64,000 bases of DNA from Eledone cirrhosa (GCA_964016885.1 OZ024757.1:4154001-4218000), one strand, 5' to 3'; numbered from the stretch's first letter, positions 15,001 through 28,490 are shown. Notes: a model not told the origin generated them from the letters alone. Made by a program: numbers and translations.

Positions 15001-18000
15001 CAGAAATTCTTAATTCAAACATTCTAAACCAATGTCCATAGTGTGGGAGCTGTGTTCTCTCAATTCAGAGATTCTTTCCTCAGACATTCTGACCACATGT
15101 CCATAGTGTCGTAGCTGTGATCTCTTAGTTCAGAGATTCTTTCCTCAGACATTCTAAACAAGTTTGTAGTATTCGAACTATGATCTCACAATTCAGTGAT
15201 TCTTTCCTGATGCATTCTAACCACATTTTTGTAGTAGCAGAACTGTGATCTCTCAATTCAGAGATTCGTACCTCAGACATTCTAACCACATGTCTGTAGT
15301 ATCAGAGCTTTGATCTCTCAATTCAAAGATCTTTCCTCAGACATTCTATCCCCATGTCCATAATATCGGAGCTGTGATCGCTCAACCCAGAGATTCTTTC
15401 CTCACATATTCTAACCACATGTCCATAGTATCAGAGCTGTGATCTCTCAATCCAGCGATTCTTTACTAAGACATTCAACCACATGTCCATAGTATAAAAG
15501 CTGTAATCTCTCAATTCAGAGTTTCTGTCCTCAGGCATTATAACCACTTGTCTAGTATCATTGCTGGGATCTCCCCATTCAGAGATTCTTTCCTGAGACA
15601 TTATAACCACATGTCTGTAGTATCTGCTGTGTTCTCTCAATTCAGGGATTCTTTCCTCAGACATTCTAACAACATTTTCATAGTATCGGATCAGTGATCT
15701 CTCAATTCAGAGATTCTTTCCTGTCACATTATAACCACATGTCTGTAGTATCGGAGATGTGATGTCTCAATTCAGAGATTCTTTCCTGAAACATTCTAAA
15801 CACATGTGTGTAGTATCGGAGCAGTGATCTCTCTATCCAGCGATTCGTTACTAAGACATTCTACCAACATGTCCATAGTATCAGAGCTGTGATCTCTCAT
15901 TCCAGCGATTCTTTACTAAGACATTCTTACAAAATTTCCATAGTGTCAGAGCTGTGATCACTCAATTCAGTGATTCTTTCCTGAGACATTATAACCACAT
16001 GTCTGTACTATCAGAACTGTGATCCCTCAATTCCGAGCTTCTTTCCTGATGCATTCTAACCACATGTCTATAGTATCAGATCTGTGATCTCTCAATTCAG
16101 TGAGTCTTTCTTGAGATATTCTAACCTCATGGTTGTAGTATCAGCTGTGAACTGTCAATTCAGAGATTCTTTCATGAGACATTCTAACCACATGTCTGTA
16201 GTATCAATTCAGAGATCTTTCCTCAGACATTCTAACCCCATGTCTATAATATCGGAGCTGTGATCGCACAACACAGAGATACTTTCCTCAGACATTCTAC
16301 CCATATGTCCATAGTATAAGAGCTGTGATATCTCAATTCAGAGATTCTTTCCTGAGACATTATATCCACACGGCTAAAGTGTCTGCTGTGATCTCTCAAT
16401 TCAGAGATTCATTCCTCAGACATTCTAACACCATGTCTGTATTATCGGAGCTGTGATCTCTCAATCCAGATATTATTTCCTCAGACATTCTAATCACATG
16501 TCTGTAGTATCAGAGCTGTGATGTCTCAATTCAGAGATTGTTTCCTGACACATTATAACCACATTTCTGAGCAGTGATCTCTCAATCCAGCGAATCTTTC
16601 CTCAGACATTCAAGCCACATGTACATAGTATTATAGCTGTGATCTCTCAATCCAGCAATTCTTTCCTGAGACATTCTAACCACATGTCCATAGTATCGGA
16701 GCTGTGATCTCTCAATTCAGAGATTCTTTCCTCAGACATTTTCACCATGTGTCTATAGTATCAGATCTGTGATCTCTCAATTCAGAGATTCTTTCCTCAG
16801 ACATTATAATCACATGTCTGTAGTATCTGCTGTGATCTCTCAATTCAGAGATCCTTTCCTAGACACACTAATCCCATGTTCATAGTATCAGAGCTGTGAT
16901 TACTCATTCAAGCGATTCTTTACTAAGACATTCTAACCCCTTGTCTATAGTATCGGAGCTGTGATCTCTCAATCTAGAGATTCTTTCCTCAAACATTCTA
17001 AACACTTGTCCATGGTATGGGAGTTGTGTTCTCTCAATTCAGAGATTCTTTCCTCAGACATTCTAACCGATGTCCATAGTATCGGAGCTGTGATCTCTCA
17101 ATTCACAGATTCTTTCCCAGATATACTAATCTGATCTCCATAGTATCAGTGCTGTGATCTCTCATTCCAGTGATTCTTTACTAAGAAATTCTAACCAAAT
17201 GTCCATAGTATCAGAGCTGTGATCTCTCAATTCAGTGATTCTTACCTCAGACATTCTAACCACATGTCTGTAGTATCAGAGCTGTGATCTCTCAATTCAG
17301 AGATTCTTACCTCAGACATTCTAACCATATGTCTGTAGTATCCGAGCTGTGATATCTTAATTCAGAGATCTTTCCTCAGACATTCTAACCCCCATGTCCA
17401 TAATTACGGAGCTGTGATCGCTTTACCCAGAGATTCTTTCCTCAGATATTCTAACCACATGTTCATAATATCAGAGCTGTGATCTCTCAATCCAGCGATT
17501 CTTTACTAAGTCATTCTACCAACATGTACATAGTATAAGAGCTGTGATCTCTCAATTCAGAGTTTCTTTCCTCAGACATTATACCCACGTGTCTGTAGTA
17601 TCTACTGTGATCTCCCAATTCAGAGATTCTTTACTGAGACATTCTAACCACATGTCTGTAGTATCAGAGCTGTGATCTTTCAATCCAGATGTTCTTTCCT
17701 CAGACATTCTAACCACATGTCCATAGTATCGGACCTGTGATCTCCCAATCCAGAGATTCTTTCTTCAGACATTCTAACCACATGTCTATAGTATCAGATT
17801 TGTGATATCTCAATTCAGAATTTCTTTTCTCTGACAATATAACCACATATCCATAGTATCGGTGCTGTGATCTCTCAATTCAGAGATTCTTTCCTCAGAC
17901 AATATAACCAGATGTCCATAGTATTAGAGCTGTGATCTCTCAATCCAGATGTTCTTTCCTCAGACATTCTAACCACATGTCTCTAGTATCGGACCTGTGA

Positions 18001-20651
18001 TCTCCCAATCCAGAGATTCTTTCTTCAGACATTCTAACCACATGTCCATAGTATCGGAGCTGTGATCTCTCAATACAGAGATTCTTACCTTAGATATTCT
18101 AACCACATGTCCATAGTATCGGAGCTGTGATCTCTCAATTCAGATATTCTTTCTCTGACATACTAATCCCATGTCCATAGTATCAGAGCTGTGATCTCTC
18201 ATTCCTGCGATTCTATACTAAATCATTCTAACCAAATGTCATTAGTATCCGGGCTGTGTTCCCTCAATTCAAGATACTTTCCTCAGACATTCTAACCCCA
18301 TGTCCATAGTATCAGAGATGTGATCTCTCAATTGAGAGGTTCTTTCCACAGATATTCAAGCCACATATCCATAGTATTGGAGCTGTGATCTCTCAAACCA
18401 GCGATTCTTTCCTCAGAGATTCTAACCACATGTCTCTAGTATCGGACCTGTGATCTCCCAATCCAGAGATTCTTTCTTCAGATATTCAAGCCACATATCC
18501 ATAGTATTGGAGCTGTGATCTCTCAAAACAGGGATTCTTTCCTCAGAGATTCTAACCACATGTCTCTAGTATCGGACCTGTGATCTCCCAATCCAGAGAT
18601 TCTTTCTTCAGATATTCTAACCACATGTCCATAGTATCGGAGCTGTGATCTCTCAATACAGAGATTCATTCCTCAGACTTTCTAACCACATGTCTGTAGT
18701 ATCAGAGCTGTGATCTCTCAATTAAGAGATCTGTCCTCAGACATTCAAACCCCATGTCCATAGTATCAGGGCTGTGAACTCTCAATCCAGCGATTCTTTA
18801 CAAAGACATTCTACCCACATGTCCATAGTATCAGATTTGTGATATCTCAATTCAGAATTTCTTTTCTCTGACAATATAACCACATGTCCATAGTATCGGT
18901 GCTGTGATCTCTCAATTCAGAGATTCTTTCCTCAGACAATATAACCAGATGTCCATAGTATTAGAGCTGTTATCTCTCAATCCAGAGATTCTTTTGTCAG
19001 ACATTGTAGTCACATGTCTGTAGTATCGCAGTTGTGATCTCTCAATTCAGAGATTCTTTCCTCGGACATTCTAACCACATGTCTATTGTATCGGAGCTGT
19101 GATCTCTCAGTTTAGAGATTTTTCCTAAGACATTCTAATCACATGTCCATAGTATCAGAGCTGTGATCTCTCAATTCAGAGTTTCTTTCCTCAGACATTA
19201 TAACCACATGTATGTAGTATCTACTGTGATCTCGCAGTTCAGATATTCTTTCCTAAGACATTATAACAACATGTCTGTAGTATCTGCTGTGATATCTCAA
19301 TTCAGAAATTCTTACCTGACACATTCCAACAACATATCCATAGTATCGGAGCTGTGATCTCTCAATTCAGAGATTCGTTCCTCAGATATTCTAACCACAT
19401 GTCTGTAGTATCAGAGCTGTGATCTCTCAATTCAGAGATTCTTTTGTCAGACATTCTAACCACATGTCTGTAGTATCTCAGTGATCTCTGAATTCAGAGA
19501 TTCTTTCCTCCGACATTCTAACACATGATCAGAGCTGTGATCTCTCAATCCAGAGATTCTTTCCTGAGACATTATAACCACATGTCTGTAGTATCAGAGC
19601 TGTGATCTCTCAATTCAGAGATTCTTTTGTCAGACATTCTAGCCACATGCCTGTAGTATCGGAGCTGTGATCTCTCAATCCAGAGATTCTTTCCTCAAAT
19701 ATTCTAACCACATGTCCATAGTATGGGAGCTGTGATTTCTCAATTCAGAGATTCTTTCCTCGGACATTCTTACCACATGTCCATAGTATCGGAGCTGTTA
19801 TCTAGCAATTCAGAGATTCTTTTCTCAGAAATTCTAACTACAAGTATGTAGTATCAGAACTGTGATCTCTTAATTCAAGGATTCTTTCCTGAGACATTCT
19901 AACGGCATGTCTGTTGTATCGGAGCTGTGATCTCTCAATTCAGAGATTCTTTACTAAGACATTCTAAACCCATGTTCTGTAGTATCAGATCTGTGATCTC
20001 TCAATTCAGAGATTCTTTTCTCACACATTCTAACCACATGTCTGTAGTATCAGAACTGTGATCTCTCAATTCAGAGATTCTTTCCTGAGATATTATAACC
20101 ACATGTCTGTAGTATCTGCTGTGATCTCTCAATTCATAGATTCTTTCCTCAGACATTCTAAACACATGTCTGTAGTATCAGAGCTCTGATCTCTCAATTC
20201 AGTGATTCTTTCTTGAGACATTCTAACCAAATATCCATAGTATCGGAGCTGTGATCTTTCAATTCTGAGATTCTTTCTTCAGACATTCCTACCACATGTC
20301 CATAATATCAGAGATGTGATCTCTCAATTCAGAGATTCTTTCCTGAGACATTCGATCCACATGTCTGTAGTATCTGCTGTGATCTCTCAATTCAGAAATT
20401 CTTTCCTGACACATTCCAACACATTTCTGTAGAATCGGAGCTGTGATCTCTCAATTCAGAGATTCTTTCCTCAGACATTCTAACCACATGTCTATAGTAT
20501 CGGAGCTGTGATCTCTCAATCCAGAGATTCTTTCCTCAGACATTCTTACCACATGTCCATAGTATCAGAACTGTGATCTCTCAAGCCACCGATTCTTTCC
20601 CAGACATACTAACCAGATGTCCATAATATTAGAGCTGTGATATCTCAATTC
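1..20651. repeat. 65-bp tandem satellite, consensus GAGCTGTGATCTCTCAATTCAGAGATTCTTTCCTCAGACATTCTAACCACATGTC(C/T)(A/G)TAGTATC(G/A)
   Basis: Monomer recurs about every 65 bp throughout; array runs off the left edge; the short ORFs here are repeat translations. Confidence 0.98.
2140..16355. repeat. Higher-order repeat of ~60 monomers (~3.9 kb), about 3.4 copies
   Basis: Near-identical diagnostic ORFs recur at 2780/6697/10485/15431 (spacings 3917, 3788, 4946) and 4711/8498/12416. Edges approximate. Confidence 0.95.
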
Positions 20652-20803
20652 GAAGAAGTCGCTGCCCTACCTAGAGTGACTCTCTATTTCCAAGCTACCC
20701 CCTCTATTGGCCGTCCGTATTTTACGATTGTATTCTTTCGGTCATTACCCAAGAATCATTGTAGTTTGTCGTTGGCTTTGTTTATACCTTTTGCTTTTTG
20801 CGG

Positions 20804-20898
<95 letters not shown>

Positions 20899-21258
20899 AT
20901 ATACAAGAGTGGTCTCCGGCCAATATCTAGCTAACTGTATGAATCTATCGAATTGCAGTAATGCAGCTGCAACCAGCTGTTCAGAGTGCACACATTTAGT
21001 TCATAGCAGATACGGTGGCTGTGTTTTGGTAGAGATAAAAATGAAATATCAACTCCTGGCCGATATCTTTATAACCAAGGAAACGACACAGTACTTGGAA
21101 AAAATATATTAACTCTTGAAATAGCAGGTTGAGAGTCTTGATGATATAGACATTAGTCCTTCATCAGAAGGTTGAGTTAGAAATAGGAGATAAATAAAAA
21201 AGAAAGGAGTGAGAGGGAAAAGAGTGAGAAGAAACACACGTGCCTATTCAGTCACTCA
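20652..21258. repeat. Non-satellite block embedded in the satellite; truncated copy of 22942-23583, with (TA)n(TG)n
   Basis: AAGAAGTCGCTGC...GAAACACACGTGC aligns with 22944-23583; satellite resumes in register at TCAGAGATTC (21259). Confidence 0.9.
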
Positions 21259-22941
21259 TCAGAGATTCTTTCCTGAGACATTCTAACCACATGTATGTAG
21301 TATCAGAGCTGTAATCTCTCAATTCAGATATTCTTTCCTGAGACATTATAACCAGATGTCTGTAGTAGCAGAGCTGTGATCTCTCAATTCAGAGATTCTT
21401 TCCTCAGACATTCTAAACACATGTCTGTAGTATCAGATCTCTGATCTCTCAATTCAGTGATTCTTTCTTGAGACATTCTAACCGCATGTCCATAGTATCG
21501 GAGCTGTGATCTTTCAATTCTGAGATTCTTTCTTCAGACATTCCTACCACATGTCCATAGTATCAGAGCTGTGATATCTCAATTCAGAGATTCTTTTCTC
21601 AGCCATTCTAACCAAATGTCCATAGTATCGGAGCTGTGATCTCTTAATTCAGAGGTTCTTTCCTCAGACATTCTAACCACATGTCTGTAGTATCAAAGCT
21701 GTAAACTCTCAATTCAGAGATTCTTTCCTGAGACATTATAACCACATGCCTGTAGTATCGGAGCTGTGATCTCTCAATTCAGAGATTCTTTCCTGATGCA
21801 TTCTATCCAAATGTCCACATTATCGGAGCTGTGATCTCTCAATTCAGAGATTCTTTCCTCAGACATTCTAACCACATGTCCATAGTATCAGAGCTGTCAT
21901 CTCTCAAGCCAGCAATTCTTTCCCAGACATTCTAAACCCATGTCCATAGTATCGGAGCTGTGATCTCTCAATTCAGAGATTCTTTCCTCATACATTCAAG
22001 TCACATGTCCATAGTATGAGAGCTGCGATCTCTCAATCTAGTGATTCTTTCCTAAGACATTCTAACCACATGTCCATAGTATCGGAGCTGTGATCTCTCA
22101 ATCCAGAGATTCTTTCCTCAGACATTCTAAACCCATGTCCATAGTATCGGAGCTGTGATCTCTCAATTCAGAGATTCTTTCCTGAGACATTCTAACCACA
22201 TGTCTGTAGTATCAGAGCTGTGAACTCTCAATTCAGAGATTCTTTGTCGGACATTATAACCACATGTCTGTAGTATCTGCTGTGATCTCTGAATACAGAG
22301 ATTCTTTGCTGAGACATTATAACCACATGTCCATAGTATCGGAGCTGTGATCTGTCAATCCAGAGATTCTTTCCTCAGACATTCTAACCACATGTCCATA
22401 CTGTCATAGCTGTGATCTCTCAAACCAGCGATTCTTTCCCAGATATTCTAACCAGATGTCCATAGTATCAGAGCTGTGATCTCTCAATTCAGAGATTTTT
22501 TCCTCAAACATTCAATCCAAATGTCCATAGTATTAGAACTGTGATCTCTCAATTCAGAGATTCTTTCCTAAGACATTCTAAACACATGTCCATAGTATCG
22601 GAGCTGTGATCTCTCAATTCAGAGATTCTTTCCTCAGACATTCTAACCACTTGTCTGTATTATCGGAGCTGTGATCTCTCGATCCAGCGATTCTTTCCTA
22701 AGACATTCTAAACACATGTCCATAGTATCGGAGCTGTGATCTCTCAATTCAGAAATTCTTTCCTCAGACATTCTAACCACATGTTCATAGCATCAGAGCT
22801 GTGATCTCTCAATTCAGATATTCTTTCCTGAGACATTCTAACCACATGTCTGTAATATCGGAGCTGTGATCTCTCGATCCAGCGATTCTTTCCTAAGACA
22901 TTCTAGCCACATGTCAGTATCAGAGCTGTGATATCTCAATT
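21259..22941. repeat. 65-bp satellite, terminal block of diverged monomers
   Basis: Same monomer, no higher-order register seen. Confidence 0.97.
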
Positions 22942-23097
22942 GCAAGAAGTCGCTGCTCTACCTAGAGTGATTCTCTATTTCCAAGCTACGCCCTCTATTG
23001 GCCGTCCGTATTTTACGATTGTATTCTTCCGGTCATTACGCAAGATTCGTTGTAGTTTGTCGTTGGCTTTGTTGTTTATACCTTTTGCTTTTTGCGG

Positions 23098-23154
<57 letters not shown>

Positions 23155-23168
23155 AGTGTGTGTGTGTG

Positions 23169-23212
<44 letters not shown>

Positions 23213-23930
23213 ATATACAAGAGTGACGACGATCACTGGTATTAAGTCAACGGTCTCCGGCCAATATCTAGCTCACTGTATGAATCTATCGAATTGCAGT
23301 AATGCAGCTGCAACCAGCTGTTCAGAGTGCACACATTTAGTTCATAGCAGATACGGTGGCTGTGTTTTGGTAGAGATAAAAATGAAATCTCAACTCCTGG
23401 CCGATATCTTTATAACCAAGGAAACGACACAGTACTTGGTAAAAATATATTAACTCTTGAAATAGCAGTTTGAGAGTCTTGACGATATAGACATTAGTCG
23501 TTCATCAGAAGGTTGAGTTAGAAATAGGAGATAAATAAAAAGAAAAGATTGAGAGGGAAAAGAGTGAGAAGAAACACACGTGCGTGTTGACAACACATGT
23601 GTGTGTTGACAACACACACAAAAACAAGATGGCGTAGGACAGAACAAAGGAGAGGCACAAAAAGAAAGAAAATAATACCAGTCACTGAAGAGGTCACAGT
23701 ATGTGTGACGAAAGAACTTTGACAATATATAAACAAGCATCTGGTTATGGAACCAACCAACCAACCGGAAATTTATAAATTCCTAAATTTATAAATTTAT
23801 TATAATAAATTGAAGTGAAAGCAACTGGTGCGTGTGTTTCTTATTGGCAACATGACCCCGCCAAAGTATAACAATATCGGTTTCAACACACGTTTTCAGA
23901 TATAGAATCTTGCTAAACAAATTCAGAAAC
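22942..23930. other. Satellite-flanking sequence of probable repeat origin, with (TA)n(TG)n; longer copy of the 20652 block
   Basis: First ~640 bp duplicated at 20652-21243; minus strand has CTGATGA plus a short stem (degenerate HHR-like) near 23500. Confidence 0.55.
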
Positions 23931-24130
23931 GAAATATATATATATATATATATAAAGGAAAAGAAATCGAAAATGTAACTGGAGTCTTTTAAAGAATATT
24001 TATTTGTTTCCTTTACCGCTTTTCAAAAGTAGAATTGAGATGGAGTGTTCGTGGTTTTTCTCGCATCTGCGAGATGTAGGACACCTCGTTTTTTTTTCCA
24101 TTTAAAAAACCTCATTTTCTTATATATATA

Positions 24131-25660
24131 CACCAGCTTCTAACTATCCCGGTGGATAATACTTCACCTTCCACCATCACACATACAGACAGAGAACAGA
24201 ACTATCTATGGGACCCAGCCTATCAGGCCTGCTGGCCATCACTTATATGAAGCAGCTAGAACGTTGGGGCCTCAACACCTGCCACTCATGGTGTCTTCTT
24301 CACCCGATATGAAGATGACATACTCATCCTTACACCATCCCGTGAAGAAGCAGACAAAATATACACGACATTCTCCAGCATGGACGTTAACATGAGGTTC
24401 AGCATGGAACACCAAGATGACTCTGGATCCCTCTCCCTGCTAGATTTCCAATTCAGGGTAACGGAAGAAGGCAGCATCCACACCCGCTTCTACAGAAAAG
24501 CCGCCAGCAGGGACCTGTTTGTCCATTTCAAATCGGCCCTCTCCCTTTGTGCTAAGTCCAGATACATAAGGAGTGAACTTACACTTATCTGGAATAAATG
24601 CAGCATCACAGGAGACCGAGACACACACAACACACACTTCTTGGAAGTACTTAAGCTAAATGGTTACCCGACATCCACCGTGAACCGCGTTAGAAATAGG
24701 AAACACCACATTCGAAGCACGAACTCCACCAAGCCCTGCTTCCTGAAGCTCCCACATTTCAGTGATGACACAACAACAGCCAATCTCAGGGTCATCCGAA
24801 GAGAAGGATTAGACTTACAGCTAGCTCACTCGGGGCCCTCACTACGCGGACAATTATCTAGGAGACGCCCTAGAGAACACAACAGACGCTGCACGCTGGC
24901 CAACTGCCCCATCAATAACACAGACATATGCCATCAAGGATATGTCATGTATAGAGTTCAGAGTGATAAATGTGACTTCTATATAGGTGGCACCACCAGA
25001 CACCAACACATCAGGATTAAGGAACACATTAACACTAACACTTCCTCTTTCAAGAAACACTTAGAGAAATGTAAAATCACCACAAAAAAATAACAGTCAA
25101 GGTTGAAACAAAAGAAAGAAACCTCGGTAATCTCAGAATTAAGGAAGCATTAATCATAGCCAAAACACACCTGTAAAACTGTAATAGACTAGAACTAAGC
25201 ACACAATACCTAACATAGAAGGCTACTAGACTACACATAAGGGCACACATAGGCCTGCTTACGACCACATTATCCATCCGGGAGAAATCGTGTATATGCA
25301 TTCATATGTTTACACAATTCTACCGATGCGTGTTTACGTATTTACGTGTGTGCTTACGCACACACATGTATGCATGTACTTGTGTGTCTAAGCGGATTTA
25401 AAGGGAAACAACTCTGTGCCCCTTTGACTTGTCCAGACCTTAGTTTTTAAAACAAAAGATGTTACAAAAAAATAATATTAAACCACTTCCGGTCAGAATG
25501 GTATAGCAAGCCACATCGGACACTGGAGTAGTTCCTTTATTTTCCTCGGAAGAAGAGTTATTTATCTCGAAATATCAGGACATCTGAATAAATTAAGGTA
25601 AAAAAAACAAGCTCTGTTTCTTACAATTTAATCATTCTCCCCATTTCAAACTTCAAATTT
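24131..25660 (+). mobile_element. 5'-truncated Penelope-like element: RT C-terminal half, GIY-YIG endonuclease, 3' pLTR; between (TA)n tracts
   Basis: YRQRTELSMGPSLSGLLA and FTRYEDDILI RT motifs, SLLDFQF...FYRK thumb, VMYRVQSDKCDFYIGGTTR..HIRIKEH GIY-YIG; frameshifts present. Confidence 0.92.
25543..25580 (+). ncRNA. Minimal type I hammerhead motif, variant core CGGAAGA
   Basis: TCCT-CGGAAGA-AGAG-ttatttat-CTC-GAAA-TATC-AGGA: stem I TCCT/AGGA, AUC site, followed by AATAAA at the PLE 3' end. Confidence 0.6.
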
Positions 25661-25752
25661 CTTTATTTATATATATATATATATATATACATATATATAT
25701 AAATAGTGAAAACTTGGACGGGAACAAAAACAGAATATATATATAGTAATAA

Positions 25753-26218
25753 TAATAAATTTGAAGACTAAAATCAAAAGACGGCTCGATAAGGATAAAT
25801 ATATATCAAATATATATGAGAACAACTTCAGCTACCATTTACGTGGTTTTATCTTTGTGTGCAATTGTTCTCCACGCTCCACATATGACGTATTATCTTC
25901 GTTTTTTTCGTTCATTGCCAGAGAACGTCTCTATGAACCACCTAAGAGAATATTAGTCTACCACTTCTTTTATACCATAAACGTGGTTCTGTCTTTGCGT
26001 GTAATTGTTTTTCACGTATTATATTCGTTTTTTCCCGTTCTTTGACAGGGAACGTTTCCACGAACCAAAGTATCGTCTTCCTGTCTTTCTCCGGTTGCAA
26101 CGTTTTTTGAAATATCCACTTCTGCGTTTACAGATTGACTTTGTTAGTTTCAGAAGATCCCGTTAAGGATGAAAGCAGCGATTCTTTGCTTAAACTTTAA
26201 TCTGTTATTTTAATAAAT
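25753..26218 (+). mobile_element. Short copy of PLE family B: inverted tail piece (25753-25823) fused to direct pLTR piece (25834-26218)
   Basis: 25753-25823 matches 31008-31077; 25834-26218 matches ~33049-33449. Confidence 0.88.
26146..26196 (+). ncRNA. Hammerhead motif, family B, core CAGAAGA
   Basis: AGTTT-CAGAAGA-TCC-cgttaa-GGA-T-GAAA-GCA...TGC-TT-AAACT; stems I, II and III all pair. Confidence 0.65.
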
Positions 26219-26418
26219 TAATATATATATATATATATAGTATTAACGATACTATTTATGGTTATGTATATACTAAAACTTTTTATAGTTATATATATTT
26301 TAAACCCTAAACAGTGAAAGTCAGTAAGATAAATAGCTCAATGTAATAACATCAGTTGTTCTACAGAGCAGTTATATAGAATTCACAGGAATCAAAGCTA
26401 TGTTCAAAGCATTTATTC

Positions 26419-26463
26419 GCTTACAATTGTTTCATCCAAACCGAGGCTTGGGATCTTCGGAGC
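26419..26463 (-). ncRNA. Minimal hammerhead motif, core CCGAAGA, palindromic stem III
   Basis: Minus strand GCT-CCGAAGA-TCCCAAGCCTCGGTTTGGAT-GAAA-CAATTG-TA-AGC-GAATAAA; GUA site. Confidence 0.6.
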
Positions 26464-27736
26464 ATTTTTCAATGTTTGTACACATACATGACCTCCTTTC
26501 CAACGCAAGAGACATACAGATACATATGTATATATTGATGTACAGTGGGGTGACATATATTATATTATTTCTGAATGGCAATTAAAATTCAAAAACAAAA
26601 TCACATTAAAACAGCATCAAAGCACAATTAAAATTAAAATACAACATCAATGCAAAATTAAAATATAGTCGGCAGTTAACGTAAATAATGCAAGAGGATA
26701 GTTTGTTAGTCAGTTGTAGTAGTTATTGTATGCATTAGTTACACGTGGGGCATGCACGTGTGTCTTATTTATATATGATTATTGTGCGGCAGGGTGTTAA
26801 ATGTAATACAAGCACTTTAAGCGGGTAATCAAGAGTATTATGGAGGTTGTAGTGATAAGGTATTTTTTGTATATGATAAAGAAGCTTGTATGTAGAAAAA
26901 TAGTTTCAATGAGAAGCAAAATAATGTTAAGTTTTTTGTATACACCACCATTTTCACATTCAGGAACCGTACTATATAGTTTATATGTCCTTCACATAAA
27001 TAACGATGATTCCGTATTGGATGTTTGATGTATTAAGTTAAATTATTATAGCTTGTTGCGGCTCAGTGTTCTTTAATCCAATGTTATAGAGCAGGTTGTT
27101 TCTGTTGCGAGAATTTACATCGTTTTATTATCCGGAAGTATGTGTGTGATTAAGAGCTTACCAGGGGTTATATAGACGTGGTTCTAATAGGGCCCCTGAC
27201 AGGTTCTGTGAGTAGGCTACATTTACAAAGAACTTTGATATGAAGATCTGACTCTTCCTATGGATTATTCAGCTGTAGCACTCTATGATAGGGTGTAATC
27301 ATCCTAATATAGATACCATTAGTACTTCTTGATAGAGTAAACTCTAATTAAAGATAGGATACTTAAAATTTAGAAACTGTATATAACCATCTGTATAAGG
27401 GACTCAATGGAGACACCTTTTAATGTATGTTGGAATAATAAATTTAGTTATAGAAATAAGCTAGTTACCTCCCCTTACGCATTAACTCCCCTTAATCACA
27501 CACATACTTCCGGATAATAAAACGATGTAAATTCTCGCAACAGAAACAACCTGCTCTATAAAATTGGATTAAAGAACACTGAGCCGCAACAAGCTATAAT
27601 AATTTAACTTAATACATCAAACATCCAATACGGAATCATCGTTAATTATGTGAAGGACATATAAACTATATAGTACGGTTCCTGAATGTGAAAATGGTGG
27701 TGTATACAAAAAACATAACATTATTTTGCTTCTCAT

Positions 27737-27924
27737 AGGGCGGTGGATTGGCAGTATCGGTAGAGGGTCGGACGCCATGCTTTGACGCATAGAGTTATGG
27801 TGCTTGCCCTTATGAGTTCAAATGCCGCCGAGGTTTACTTTGCCTTTCATCCTTGTGCGGTCGATAAAATAAAGTACCAGTAATGCACTGATTAATTGCT
27901 GGCCTTGTGCCAAAAGTAGAAACA
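27737..27924 (+). mobile_element. tRNA-derived SINE with 17-bp TSD ATTATTTTGCTTCTCAT
   Basis: A-box-like TGGCAGTATCGG, B-box GAGTTCAAAT; TSD at 27720-27736 and 27925-27941; empty site present once in the left inverted arm (~26909-26925). Confidence 0.93.
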
Positions 27925-28135
27925 ATTATTTTGCTTCTCATTGAAACTATTTTTCTACATACAAGCTTCTTTATCATATACAAAAAATACCTTACCACTA
28001 CAACCTCCATAATACTCTTGATTACCCGCTTAAAGTGCTTGTATTACATTTAACACCCTGCCGCACAATAATCATATATAAATAAGACACACGTGCATGC
28101 CCCACGTGTAACTAATGGATACAATAACTATTACA

Positions 28136-28270
28136 ACTTTTGGCACAAGGCCAGCAATTACCAAGTGCATTATTGGTACTTTATTTTATCCATACGGGGT
28201 CGATAAAATAAAGTACCAATAATGCACTGGTTAATTGCTGGCCTTGTGCCAAAAGTAGAAACAATTATTT
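28136..28270. mobile_element. Fold-back SINE 3' end: 55-bp inverted arms, 11-nt loop
   Basis: 28136-28190 is the near-perfect reverse complement of 28202-28256; both match the 3' end of the 27737 SINE. Confidence 0.9.
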
Positions 28271-28490
28271 ACGTTAACTGCCGACTATATTTTAATTTTG
28301 CATTGATGTTGTATTTTAATTTTAATTGTGCTTTGATTCTGTTTTAATGTGATTTTGTTTTTGAATTTTTAATTGCCATTCAGAAATAATATAATATATG
28401 TCACCCCACTGTACATCAATATATACATATATATCTGTATGTCTCTTGCGTTGGAAAGGAGGTCATGTATGTGTACAAACATTGAAAAAT

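Noticed and set aside
1612-19357. Recurrent short ORFs (MISQFRDSFLRH..., MSEERIPEL...) as a repeat-protein gene
   Set aside because: Translations of a 65-bp monomer that is not a multiple of 3; frames break constantly.
21120-21185. Active hammerhead on the minus strand (also ~23460-23520)
   Set aside because: CTGATGA and a short stem II are present, but GAAA is missing in both copies; at most a remnant.
1-22941. CRISPR-like array (palindromic repeat with variable part)
   Set aside because: The variable portion is homologous between units, there are no unique spacers or cas genes, and the context is eukaryotic.
27155-27489. PLE ORF remnant on the minus strand of the inverted-repeat spacer (VNVAYSQNLSGALL)
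   Set aside because: Similarity to PLE linker motifs is too weak to call without a profile search.
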